Origin: Chiloscyllium plagiosum
Lineage: Eukaryota
Direction: 5' to 3'
DNA: 58,894 bases
Assembly (NCBI RefSeq): GCF_004010195.1
Contig: NC_057719.1
Location: 4,889,794-4,948,687 of the forward strand
How positions within the stretch are numbered: position 1 is the first letter of the stretch; each line of letters begins with the position of its first letter. The translations under genes and the position numbers were made by a program. The notes below the pieces were generated by a model that did no database searches, had not been told where the DNA came from, and saw nothing but the letters and a program-made list of their open reading frames with translations. Below, in pieces: positions 58,833-58,894 of the stretch.

Positions 58833-58894
58833 CTTGTTCTCTCCTTCTTCTCTTTCCCCCCCCCCCCTTCTCCCCTCGCCCCACCCCTTCTTCT

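Noticed and set aside
1..58894. CRISPR array, operon or prokaryotic defence system
   Set aside because: No regularly spaced direct repeats or gene-dense ORFs; the sequence is vertebrate repeat-rich DNA.

Overview
Vertebrate non-coding genomic DNA, almost certainly from a cartilaginous fish (shark). It carries many HE1-type V-SINEs, HER1/CR1-type LINE fragments, a second CR1/L2-group LINE with a partner SINE, DeuSINE (SacSINE1-like) relics, RTE relics, one probable solo LTR, and many Penelope-like element (PLE) pieces. No intact protein-coding gene is recognisable. The ORFs with recognisable similarity are decayed retroelement RT or GIY-YIG fragments; the rest look like chance ORFs. The window reads as a very large intron or gene desert with repeat-free islands that may be conserved non-coding elements, plus one or two weak candidate exons. 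The most striking signal is a set of about 20 short (about 70-250 bp) PLE terminal-repeat derivatives in three sequence families. Their consensus carries a minimal type-I hammerhead ribozyme (CUGANGA-stem II-GAAA-palindromic ACGU/AGCU-UH) whose helix I and helix II co-vary between families. Several copies are non-autonomous, often palindromic insertions flanked by 12-15 bp target-site duplications. Family names come from recalled consensus similarity, not database searches. Repeat boundaries are approximate unless a TSD is quoted.
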